Of a stretch of 32,000 bases of DNA, positions 7,400 through 14,991 are shown in pieces; position 1 is the first letter of the stretch, and each line of letters starts with the position of its first letter. The stretch lies in the NCBI RefSeq assembly GCF_023715465.1, contig NZ_JAMBOE010000002.1:49104-81103 (forward strand). The letters are read 5' to 3'. The notes beneath the pieces are model-generated. The model saw only the letters and a program-made list of their open reading frames with translations. It searched no databases and was not told the origin of the DNA. This DNA comes from Paenibacillus macerans. Lineage in GTDB: Bacteria; Bacillota; Bacilli; Paenibacillales; Paenibacillaceae. The position numbers and the translations under genes are program-made.

Positions 7400-8164
7400 T
7401 TACATCCCCTCCTTTTTGCCGATGATCGCGAGGAAAATTTCCTCCAAGGTCGGCTGCTTCTCAATGTACTCCACTTTTGCCGGCGGGAACATCTCTTTGA
7501 GTTCGGTAAGGGTACCGGTCGTGATAATTTTTCCGTTATGCAGGATAGCGATACGATCTGCCAGTTGCTCGGCTTCCTCCAGGTACTGGGTCGTCAGCAA
7601 GATGGTCGTGCCGCTGCCGGCAAGCTCCTTGACGGTATCCCAGACTTCAATCCGCGCTTCGGGGTCCAGCCCTGTCGTCGGTTCGTCGAGAAAAATGACG
7701 GCCGGCGTCCCGATCAGACTCATGGCGATGTCAATCCGGCGCTTCATCCCCCCGGAATATTTGTCTACCCGGCGGCCCGCCGCATCGGTCAGGCTGAATC
7801 TTGCAAGCAGATGGTCGGCGACTTGAGCAGGATTGGAAACTCCCCGCAACTTGGCGATCATCATCAGGTTTTCCCGCCCGGTGAGCATGCCGTCCAAAGC
7901 TGCGAACTGCCCTGTCAGGCTGATGCTCTGGCGAACATGATCCGGTTGACGCTGGACGTCAAAGCCGCAAATCCCTGCTTCGCCGCCGTCAGGCTTCATC
8001 AGCGTCGAAAGGATGTTGACCGTTGTCGTCTTGCCCGCTCCATTTGAGCCCAGCAGCGCGAAAATTTCGCCACGCCGCACCTCGAAATCCACCCCCTTTA
8101 AGACTTCCTTGTCTTTAAAGGATTTTTTTAACCCTTTTACAGAAATCGCTGCATTGCTCATCAT
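7400..8164 (-). CDS. ABC exporter ATP-binding protein (DrrA/daunorubicin-resistance-like)
   Basis: 254 aa. Walker A GSNGAGKTT, signature YSGGMKRR, Walker B VIFLDEPTTGLD. Confidence 0.9.
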   Translation of the reverse strand: MMSNAAISVKGLKKSFKDKEVLKGVDFEVRRGEIFALLGSNGAGKTTTVNILSTLMKPDGGEAGICGFDVQRQPDHVRQSISLTGQFAALDGMLTGRENLMMIAKLRGVSNPAQVADHLLARFSLTDAAGRRVDKYSGGMKRRIDIAMSLIGTPAVIFLDEPTTGLDPEARIEVWDTVKELAGSGTTILLTTQYLEEAEQLADRIAILHNGKIITTGTLTELKEMFPPAKVEYIEKQPTLEEIFLAIIGKKEGM

Positions 8165-8196
8165 TTTTCCTCCTTATAAAGAGTGCCTATCTTCTG

Positions 8197-8273
8197 CTAT
8201 TTAGTCACACTGATAATCAGTATTACTTATTACCGGGGCAAAAATATAACTGAATAGCAAGGCGGAAATTTAC
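8197..8273 (-). promoter_or_regulatory. Upstream promoter/operator element, copy A (in front of the ABC exporter genes)
   Basis: About 75% identical to 9071-9145. It contains the perfect dyad ACTGAT-A-ATCAGT (8209-8221) and AGTATTACTTATTAC (8219-8233), which recurs exactly at 9151-9165. Confidence 0.55.
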
Positions 8274-8334
8274 ATTTGTAACCAGCTAATCAGTTGGTGT
8301 TAGCTATTGAACAGTCAGTGTTACCTGCCTGAAT

Positions 8335-8676
8335 TTATTTTTTTCCCAATCGCTTCATGATACTCTGATTCAAATCTTCACGATACTTGGCGACATAGGT
8401 TTTTGCGTTGGCGACGAGTTCGTCGACAAAGGACGCCACGTCGTCCCCGGTGATTTCCAGCACTTGTCGGCCTTCCGCCGCACCGGTTTCGAACAACTCG
8501 ATTAATTCATATTGCATGTGCAGCATATCCATCCCGCTGCCCGCTGAGAAATTCCACATGTAGTTTTGAATTTTCTTAAATACATACTGGTAGTCCTCCG
8601 GTAGAGCTTCAACCCGTGCCATCATCATCTTGTACTCTTTTTTATCACCAATCAATTTTTTGAACATTTCCATCAT
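8335..8676 (-). CDS. DUF1048-family protein (usual partner of PadR regulators)
   Basis: 113 aa with the RBS AAGGAGG 8 nt upstream. The size and the sequence MFKKLIGDKKEYKMMMARVEALPEDYQYVFKKIQNYMW fit my recollection of DUF1048. Confidence 0.6.
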   Translation of the reverse strand: MMEMFKKLIGDKKEYKMMMARVEALPEDYQYVFKKIQNYMWNFSAGSGMDMLHMQYELIELFETGAAEGRQVLEITGDDVASFVDELVANAKTYVAKYREDLNQSIMKRLGKK

Positions 8677-8718
8677 GTTATTTTTCCTCCTTTTTTAGGT
8701 GCGGAATATCTTGTGAAG

Positions 8719-9039
8719 CTAGTTTGACTTCAAAATGTTGATTTTTGAAGATACAAAATCCCATTTCTCCCAAAAGAATTTAAGTTCTTGGCGGCCAGCC
8801 TCATTCAGGGTGTAAAACTTGCGGGGCGGCCCTATATCGGACGGCTTCTTTTCGATGTTCACCAGTTTTTTCTTTTCTAACCGCACGAGGATGGTGTAGA
8901 CCGTCCCTTCCACGACTTCGGTAAACCCAAGCTCATTCAGCCGGCGGGTAATCTCGTAGCCATAGGTTTCACGGCGGCTGATGATTTCCAGCACACAGCC
9001 TTCCAGCGAACCCTTCAGCATTTCAGTTAAATTTTCCAT
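8719..9039 (-). CDS. PadR-family transcriptional regulator
   Basis: Winged HTH (LEGCVLEIISRRETYGYEITRRLNELGF...GTVYTILVRLEKKKLV). I prefer the ATG at 9039, which sits 9 nt from GAGGAGG, over the TTG at 9045 used by the ORF track. Confidence 0.85.
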   Translation of the reverse strand: MENLTEMLKGSLEGCVLEIISRRETYGYEITRRLNELGFTEVVEGTVYTILVRLEKKKLVNIEKKPSDIGPPRKFYTLNEAGRQELKFFWEKWDFVSSKINILKSN

Positions 9040-9070
9040 GTTCAAAAGCCTCCTCGATTTTGCCCCTCCT

Positions 9071-9145
9071 CTATTTAGTCTGACTAATAATCAGTATTAC
9101 ATAGTACCAGGGAAAATTTTACTTAATAGCTTTTGGGAAATCACG
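9071..9145 (-). promoter_or_regulatory. Upstream promoter/operator element, copy B (in front of padR-DUF1048)
   Basis: CTATTTAGTCtgACTaATAATCAGTATTAC... aligns with copy A. Its dyad ACTAATAATCAGT is at 9083-9095. Confidence 0.55.
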
Positions 9146-9208
9146 CTATTAAGTATTACTTATTACATGTACATTGTATTACCGAGTAGAAGGAGTGTCA
9201 ACTACTTT

Positions 9209-9640
9209 TTATATGTGCTCATTAATTTTGATCAATAATTTCTTTAAGACTTGCTTTTCTTCGTCGGTAAGGACCTGAATGATCTCATCCTCCACCTTGC
9301 GGAATGAATCATTAAAGTCATCAATCAGTTCAATCGCTTTTGGCAACACATATATATTTTTTTGGCGTTCGTTAGTGGCTGGAATTTTGCGCTCTATGTA
9401 CCCTTTTTGCTCCAAAACTTGCAATATGCTTGTAATGCTGGCTCCCCGCAGATGAAACCGATCTGCAAGGTTCTTTTGAATAATGTGTTTGTCTTGATTT
9501 TTGTAAATATACTCGATTATTTTTCCTTGTTGAGCGTTCAAACCCAGCTCTTTTATGCTTTCGTCCGCTCTTTTCTTTAACTTAAGGCCAATAATCTGAA
9601 ACAAATCAAGATAAGGCGTATCTTTTCGAGATTGCATCAT
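9209..9640 (-). CDS. MarR-family transcriptional regulator
   Basis: Winged HTH (QQGKIIEYIYKNQDKHIIQKNLADRFHLRGASITSILQVLEQKGYIER). I prefer the start at ATG 9640/9637, downstream of the RBS AGGGGGGA. Confidence 0.85.
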   Translation of the reverse strand: MMQSRKDTPYLDLFQIIGLKLKKRADESIKELGLNAQQGKIIEYIYKNQDKHIIQKNLADRFHLRGASITSILQVLEQKGYIERKIPATNERQKNIYVLPKAIELIDDFNDSFRKVEDEIIQVLTDEEKQVLKKLLIKINEHI

Positions 9641-9683
9641 TATCCCCCCTGCGATTGTTAGAACGCTAACTATAAACAATTAA

Positions 9684-9712
9684 ACTATACAGTGACACCA
9701 TAGGCCTGTCAA
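9684..9712 (-). promoter_or_regulatory. sigmaA promoter of the marR gene
   Basis: TTGACA (9712-9707), a 17-nt spacer, then TATAGT (9689-9684). The dyad GTTAG-AACG-CTAAC (9657-9670) lies just downstream in the leader. Confidence 0.6.
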
Positions 9713-9727
9713 TTAAACGTTAAATTA

Positions 9728-9756
9728 TTGACTGTTAGATTTCTAATAGTTATAAT
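9728..9756 (+). promoter_or_regulatory. sigmaA promoter of the amidohydrolase gene, with a MarR-type dyad in the spacer
   Basis: TTGACT (9728-9733), a 17-nt spacer, then TATAAT (9751-9756). The spacer contains GTTAGAtttCTAA (9734-9746). Confidence 0.65.
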
Positions 9757-9763
9757 TCTAAAC

Positions 9764-9784
9764 ATCATACATCATACATCATAC
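9764..9784 (+). repeat. Perfect 3 x 7-bp tandem repeat (ATCATAC)3 in the amidohydrolase 5' UTR
   Basis: The sequence atcatacatcatacatcatac lies directly before the RBS AGGAGG (9785-9790). Confidence 0.9.
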
Positions 9785-9797
9785 AGGAGGAATTCAA

Positions 9798-11108
9798 ATG
9801 GAAAATCCAGCTCAAATTGCCGCGTTAGACCAAGTCACGGTGATTAAGAATGTACGCATTTTTGATGGGGAAAAAATGATTGCGTCCAGACATGTTGTCA
9901 TTAAAGGAGGGTCCATTATTTCCGTGGGAGGAGACCAGCCGGGCGATGCAATCATCGTTGATGGGGAAAATGCGACATTAATGCCTGGTCTGATCGATGC
10001 CCATGTTCACACTTCCATTGCCGGATTGCGGGATGCCCTAAAATTCGGCGTAACGACAGAACTTGAAATGAATGGCGATTTTACGGCAAGAGGACGCGAG
10101 ATTCAACTGAAAAACGTGGGTGATGTCGCGGAGGTTCTTTCTGCCGGCACGGCGATTACCGCTCCGGGAGGCCATCCGGATGAGTTGCTGCCGGATGGGG
10201 ACGAAATTCCCGAATTCGTAATGAAGGAATTGGAAAAATTATCGGAGGAAGACCGGGAAGCAATGCTGGCTGCATATGCGCATGATCACGAGGAAATCCC
10301 CCAAGTAACGACAGCGGAAGAGGCCATCAAACATGTCCATACCCAAGTGGAGAATGGTGCCGACTATATCAAGATTATGATCGAAGAAGGTACTGTCATA
10401 GGGGCCCCAGGTCTTCCGGTTTTGAGCGAAGACATTCTGCGCGCGGCCGTCCAAGAGGCGCATAAATTTGATAAAATTGTGCTTGCTCATGTTTTGACGG
10501 CTCGATCTTCGCAAACGGCTATCGATCTGGGAGTCGACGGATTGGCCCATTTGTTTATCGATAGACCAGGCTTCACACCGGCATTGGTGAATTCTATTGC
10601 AGAATCAGGCGCGTTCGTTACGCCTTGCTTGGTATTGAATTCATCTATTCTAGGACAGCCGGCACGGGAATTGGCGAACGACCCTCGGGTGTATTCCAAA
10701 TTAAGTCCGGATTGGATCGATATTCTGAACTCCAGCTTTAATACGTATCCTCAAGGCGATATGGAGAACAGCTTTAAAAATGTCATGGATCTTCACAGAG
10801 CCGGTGTGGATATTCTGGTAGGGACAGATGTATCCCCCGTGCCTGTTCCGAACCTTGGCGGTCTTGCCCATGGAGCCAGCGTTCACCATGAGCTGCAACT
10901 GCTGGTCAAGGCAGGCTTCACTCCAATTGAAGCGCTTCAAGCGGCTACCTCGAAACCGGCGCGACGATTCGGTCTTCACGATCGTGGCCGCATTATCGAA
11001 GGTGCACGCGCTGACTTTATTCTCTTAAACGGTGATCCGACAACCAATATCTCGGATTCCTTGTCAATCAAATCCGTGTGGTTTAATGGTGTGCTTCAAG
11101 GCGAATGA
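9798..11108 (+). CDS. Amidohydrolase-superfamily metallo-hydrolase (COG1228-like); substrate unknown
   Basis: 436 aa. It has the HxH metal motif GLIDAHVHT, later conserved His/Asp (LAHV, GLAHLF, GTDV) and the C-terminal ADFILLNGDP motif typical of the family. Confidence 0.8.
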   Translation: MENPAQIAALDQVTVIKNVRIFDGEKMIASRHVVIKGGSIISVGGDQPGDAIIVDGENATLMPGLIDAHVHTSIAGLRDALKFGVTTELEMNGDFTARGREIQLKNVGDVAEVLSAGTAITAPGGHPDELLPDGDEIPEFVMKELEKLSEEDREAMLAAYAHDHEEIPQVTTAEEAIKHVHTQVENGADYIKIMIEEGTVIGAPGLPVLSEDILRAAVQEAHKFDKIVLAHVLTARSSQTAIDLGVDGLAHLFIDRPGFTPALVNSIAESGAFVTPCLVLNSSILGQPARELANDPRVYSKLSPDWIDILNSSFNTYPQGDMENSFKNVMDLHRAGVDILVGTDVSPVPVPNLGGLAHGASVHHELQLLVKAGFTPIEALQAATSKPARRFGLHDRGRIIEGARADFILLNGDPTTNISDSLSIKSVWFNGVLQGE

Positions 11109-11733
11109 TATTAGATTTCCTGGCCAGTGATATAGGAAAATCAAAATAGGTATCGGGATATGGCTCATTTTTCAATGTATAATGCCACCATTCATAATCA
11201 TAAGCGCTAAAACCGCTGGACTCCATGATAGAACGCAATAACCGGCGGTTCTTAGTTTCAGCTTTGGTGATTCCCTTAGCATCGTGATGGGAGATGACAT
11301 CCATCAGATCAAAATCACCGCCCATCGGAACAAGAACGCCGGTATCTAACCGATAAAGAGTCAGATCAATTGCACTACCGCGGCTATGCCCCGATTGAGT
11401 CGCTACGTAACCCTTCCGAATCATTTCGGAACGGTTGATATTAGGATAATGTTTTGATTTTGTACGCCCATCTTCAGGCTCTTCAGACCACTTTAGAAAG
11501 CGATCCACAGCGCGTTGCGGACGATAACCGTCCCAGAGAAGCAAGCCATACCCAAGGACAGCTGCCTGCTCCTGTGCCACATGCAGCGCGGCAGCCAATT
11601 CATGGGTGCCTACAATACGATTGACTTCATAACCATCGACCGGTTTTCCGGTGAAATTGTCCCATGTGGCATACTTAGCATCCCAACGAATTCCGGGGAG
11701 AACTTCATCAAGGAACACAAATCCTTTTTCCAT
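11083..11733 (-). CDS. vanX: D-Ala-D-Ala dipeptidase VanX
   Basis: WDAKYATWDNFTG, LLLWDGYRPQRAV, SGHSRGSAIDLTL and YEWWHY match VanX Zn-binding and catalytic motifs. It carries about 13 extra C-terminal residues relative to the Tn1546 VanX as I recall it. Confidence 0.93.
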   Translation of the reverse strand: MEKGFVFLDEVLPGIRWDAKYATWDNFTGKPVDGYEVNRIVGTHELAAALHVAQEQAAVLGYGLLLWDGYRPQRAVDRFLKWSEEPEDGRTKSKHYPNINRSEMIRKGYVATQSGHSRGSAIDLTLYRLDTGVLVPMGGDFDLMDVISHHDAKGITKAETKNRRLLRSIMESSGFSAYDYEWWHYTLKNEPYPDTYFDFPISLARKSNIIRLEAHH

Positions 11734-11737
11734 ATTC

Positions 11738-12769
11738 TTATCCCTCCATCGCTAATGCAACCACGCGTTCAATCACATCGGCAAGCGTTAAACCGGCGGC
11801 GGCCATCATTCTTGGATAGCGGCTGTATGAGGTACAACCAGGCATCGTGTTGACTTCATTGAGCACGACTTGCCCGTCTTCCTGTAGAAACATATCCACA
11901 CGAGCAAGCCCACTGCAGCCCAAAGCCCGATAAACCAGCTTCGCTGTTTCTTGTACCCGTTTCTTATCCTGATCTGAAAGATCGGCCGGAACCTTGATCG
12001 TAGAGTTTTCGGAACCGTTCTCCGGATTTTTCTCCTGATGGATGCGGAAGAAGCCATGGGACAACTGGATTTGATCCACTTCACCAACAAACAAGTCGTT
12101 ACCGGTTCCAAGCACTGCGCAGCCTACCTCGCTGCCGGAAATCATTTGCTCAATTAGAATTTTTGTGTCATATTGGCTTGCGCTTGCGATGGCTTCCGGC
12201 AATTCGTCCATATGGCATACCTTTCTGACACCAAAAGACGATCCGGAACGGGCTGGTTTAACAAAGACAGGATAAACAAGTTGCTCCGCGTCTGGCATGT
12301 CACCTTTGTTGAATGCCAAAAAATCAGGCGTAGCGATTCCTGCGTTTCTTACGATCACATAAGTCAAAGACTTGTCCATGCACAGCGCTGAGCTCTGGAT
12401 ATCGCAGCCTGCATAGGGAATGCCGGAAAGCTCCAACAGTCCCTGCATGGCGCCATCCTCTCCCATTTTTCCATGCAAAACAGGAAATACGATATCCAGG
12501 CGGATGATCTTGTATTCTCCCTGCTCCAACACAATTAATCCGTGGACATTTCTGTCCGGGGACAAAATGGCGGGAAGGCAATTTCCGCTTTCCCAATTCG
12601 CCTCAGGATAATCGCAGAGCTTCCATTCACCGGCTTTGGTGATCCCGATGTAAAGCGGATCAAATTTGTCTGGGTCAAGGTTTCTGGCGATCTCCTGTGC
12701 GGATTTTATGGAGACATCATGTTCTTCTGAGCAGCCTCCGAATAAAACGGCAATCTTGAGCTTGTTCAT
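11738..12769 (-). CDS. vanA: D-alanine--D-lactate ligase, VanA/VanF type
   Basis: 343 aa and collinear with VanA throughout (LFGGCSEEHDVS, GCDIQSSA-CMDKSLTY, YPVFVKPARSGSSFGV, GEVDQI...FRIHQE, LNEVNT-PG-TSYSRYPRMMAAAG). The omega-loop FRIHQE histidine is the D-Lac-specificity determinant. Confidence 0.93.
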   Translation of the reverse strand: MNKLKIAVLFGGCSEEHDVSIKSAQEIARNLDPDKFDPLYIGITKAGEWKLCDYPEANWESGNCLPAILSPDRNVHGLIVLEQGEYKIIRLDIVFPVLHGKMGEDGAMQGLLELSGIPYAGCDIQSSALCMDKSLTYVIVRNAGIATPDFLAFNKGDMPDAEQLVYPVFVKPARSGSSFGVRKVCHMDELPEAIASASQYDTKILIEQMISGSEVGCAVLGTGNDLFVGEVDQIQLSHGFFRIHQEKNPENGSENSTIKVPADLSDQDKKRVQETAKLVYRALGCSGLARVDMFLQEDGQVVLNEVNTMPGCTSYSRYPRMMAAAGLTLADVIERVVALAMEG

Positions 12770-13732
12770 CTATCTTGTTCCCCTTTCGAATTCTAAGCAA
12801 TTTTGAATCGTGTTCTCTACGATATCTTGCAGCGCGTGATCTGTGTAAAAAGCGGTATGCGGCGTAATCATCACATTCGGCAATTTTTGCAGCCGCGGCA
12901 GAAATTGATTATTGACCGACTTGTTTGTACGGTCGTGATAGAATATACCTTCTTCGTCTTCAATGACGTCCAATGCGGCGCCCCCCAGCCTCCCATCTTC
13001 CAAAGCCCAGATCAGCGCCTCTGTGTCAATAAGAGATCCGCGTGCGGTGTTAATCACAAAGGCCCCCTGTTTCATGCTTTTGATTCGCTTCCGGTCAAGG
13101 ATATGGTAAGTATCGGCGTTGAGCGGCATATGAAGCGTCAGGATATCACTTTGCCGCAGCAGTTCGTCCAGAGTAACATATTCGGCCTTAGCTTGCGGAT
13201 ACAAGTTATAAGCCAGTATGCGGCACCCGAAGCCGTTTAGCCGATCAATCACCGCCTGCCCGATGCGGCCTGTCCCCAATACCCCCACCGTCATGTCGCG
13301 CAGTTCCCGTCCCGGTACAGCACAAAGCTTGTAATCATGGACATCCGCTCTGCATAAAACCGACTTTGCATTTCGTATAGACATAAGTATCAACATCAAA
13401 GTATAATCTGCCACGCTAGCCGGCGAATAAGCTACATTACCAATAGTAATGCCAAGCTTTTCAGCCGCTTCCAAGTCAATGTGGTTGCAGCCTATGCTTC
13501 TTGTGGATATATAAGCGACGCCGTTTTCCTTGAGGGCGCGAAGAGTGGAAGGCCCTACTTTCGTTTTATGATTAACGCTTATACAGCAATTGCCTGATGC
13601 CAACGCGGCGTTTTCGGCTGATAACGCTGACTCAATGATCGTCGGTGCAACACCATAATGCGGTGAATACCTCCTGAACAGATCCGCTTCGCCCTTTTCA
13701 CATCCGTAAATCGTGATCCCTGTTTTCTCCAT
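12770..13732 (-). CDS. vanH: D-specific alpha-keto acid (pyruvate to D-lactate) dehydrogenase VanH
   Basis: 320 aa and collinear with VanH (ITIYGCE..EAD, YISTRSIGCNHID, VAYSP.SVADYT.MLIL, GTGRIG NAD-binding motif, MITPHTAFYT). Its stop abuts the ligase start. Confidence 0.93.
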   Translation of the reverse strand: MEKTGITIYGCEKGEADLFRRYSPHYGVAPTIIESALSAENAALASGNCCISVNHKTKVGPSTLRALKENGVAYISTRSIGCNHIDLEAAEKLGITIGNVAYSPASVADYTLMLILMSIRNAKSVLCRADVHDYKLCAVPGRELRDMTVGVLGTGRIGQAVIDRLNGFGCRILAYNLYPQAKAEYVTLDELLRQSDILTLHMPLNADTYHILDRKRIKSMKQGAFVINTARGSLIDTEALIWALEDGRLGGAALDVIEDEEGIFYHDRTNKSVNNQFLPRLQKLPNVMITPHTAFYTDHALQDIVENTIQNCLEFERGTR

Positions 13733-13753
13733 GGTGTCAACCTTTCTTTTGCA

Positions 13754-13806
13754 AAATAAAAACCTGTCAGCTTTGATAAACCCATGTTATCAATAGCGGA
13801 CAGGCC
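13754..13806 (-). terminator. Terminator-like hairpin plus U-run between vanS and vanH, lying in the predicted vanH leader
   Basis: The minus-strand RNA reads CCUGUC-c-GC-ua-UUGAUAA-cauGGGu-UUAUCAA-a-GC-u-GACAGG followed by UUUUUAUUUU. That is about 15 bp in total. Confidence 0.55.
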
Positions 13807-13808
13807 GT

Positions 13809-13848
13809 ATTTTAATATTGAGTTGTTAAATTCCTAAGAAAATCCTAA
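13809..13848 (-). promoter_or_regulatory. Putative vanH promoter with a direct-repeat VanR (OmpR-family) site
   Basis: On the minus strand, two copies of TTAGGA are spaced 11 bp apart (13848-13843 and 13837-13832). The proximal copy acts as the -35 element, followed by a 17-nt spacer and TAAAAT (13814-13809). Confidence 0.55.
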
Positions 13849-13866
13849 CATCAGATTGAGGTTTTC

Positions 13867-14991
13867 CTAATGCGTAACAGGTAAAGAGACCGTAAAGGTA
13901 ACTGTGTTATCTTTACTTTGGGCCACAATGGTTCCACTATGCAGGGTGACGATTTCTTTGGCGATGGACAACCCTAACCCGGAACCGCCAGTGCCCGCCG
14001 TGCGTGCTTCATCCAAGCGATAAAACTTCTCGAAAATAGCGTCCAGCTTGTCCGGTGGAATGGTATTGCCTTGATTTTGAAAAACGATCTTTATATCACC
14101 CTCTATTTCCTCTGCCGAAATAATGATTTCCGTGTTTGGGTAGCTGTATGCGGCCGCGTTTTTCAGAATATTATTGAATACCCGCGCCAGCTTCACCGGG
14201 TCGCCGTACACGGTCAAATTTTCGTCGGCATGAAGTACGGTGGCATTTCCTTTTTCGGAGAGGAGCGGATAAAACTCGTCCGTCATTTGCACAAGCATGT
14301 AGTAAAGGTCTATCGTTTCCTTTTCCAGCTTGATTTCCTGCAAGTTGTACCGGGTGATTTCAAAAAATTCGTTGATTTGTTCCTCCAAGCGATAGGCTTT
14401 GTCGAGGGTAATGTGAGTATATTTAGCTCTCTGCTCCACGGGCATATCGGGCGCCTCGCCCAATAAACTCAAGTAACCAATTACAGATGTAAGCGGAGTC
14501 CTGATGTCGTGGGCCAAATAAACAACCAAATCATTTTTGCGTTGCTCCGCTTCCTGAGCAGCCTTCTTCTGCCTTTTCAACTTGTCCTTTATGGTATTCA
14601 GACGATTTTCCATGAATTCCATCTCCGGGGAGAGGGATATTTTATCCTCTGAATCTTCCACAAGCCGATCCATGCCGGAGCTGATTTCATCAAAATGTTT
14701 TGTGAACCAGGAGATAGTGAACCAAGACAGGATGACCAGAAAAACCAGGGTCAAAAGAAGCAGAATGAGATCTAAGTTATTGCGAAATACATAATGATAG
14801 ATGAGCAGTGCATCGGAGTTGTTCAGATTAAAAGTATAAATCAGAAATTGAACGATGCGATCTCCAATCTGTCCCCGCAAAATATCCCGCATTAAAAGGA
14901 CGGTAACAGCAGCAATGATCGTAATCAGCAGCATTTGTAAAAAAACTTTTCGCTTCAGCATTGCATAATTGCCCTTCTTATTGCTTTTCAA
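13867..14991 (-). CDS. vanS: Sensor histidine kinase VanS
   Basis: 374 aa with two N-terminal TM segments. H-box YLAHDIRTPLTS, N box NILKNAAAYS, G boxes. The N-terminal NKKGNYAMLKRK parallels VanS-A NKKNDYSKLERK, which supports the start at 14991 (a 14-nt overlap with vanR). Confidence 0.9.
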   Translation of the reverse strand: MKSNKKGNYAMLKRKVFLQMLLITIIAAVTVLLMRDILRGQIGDRIVQFLIYTFNLNNSDALLIYHYVFRNNLDLILLLLTLVFLVILSWFTISWFTKHFDEISSGMDRLVEDSEDKISLSPEMEFMENRLNTIKDKLKRQKKAAQEAEQRKNDLVVYLAHDIRTPLTSVIGYLSLLGEAPDMPVEQRAKYTHITLDKAYRLEEQINEFFEITRYNLQEIKLEKETIDLYYMLVQMTDEFYPLLSEKGNATVLHADENLTVYGDPVKLARVFNNILKNAAAYSYPNTEIIISAEEIEGDIKIVFQNQGNTIPPDKLDAIFEKFYRLDEARTAGTGGSGLGLSIAKEIVTLHSGTIVAQSKDNTVTFTVSLPVTH

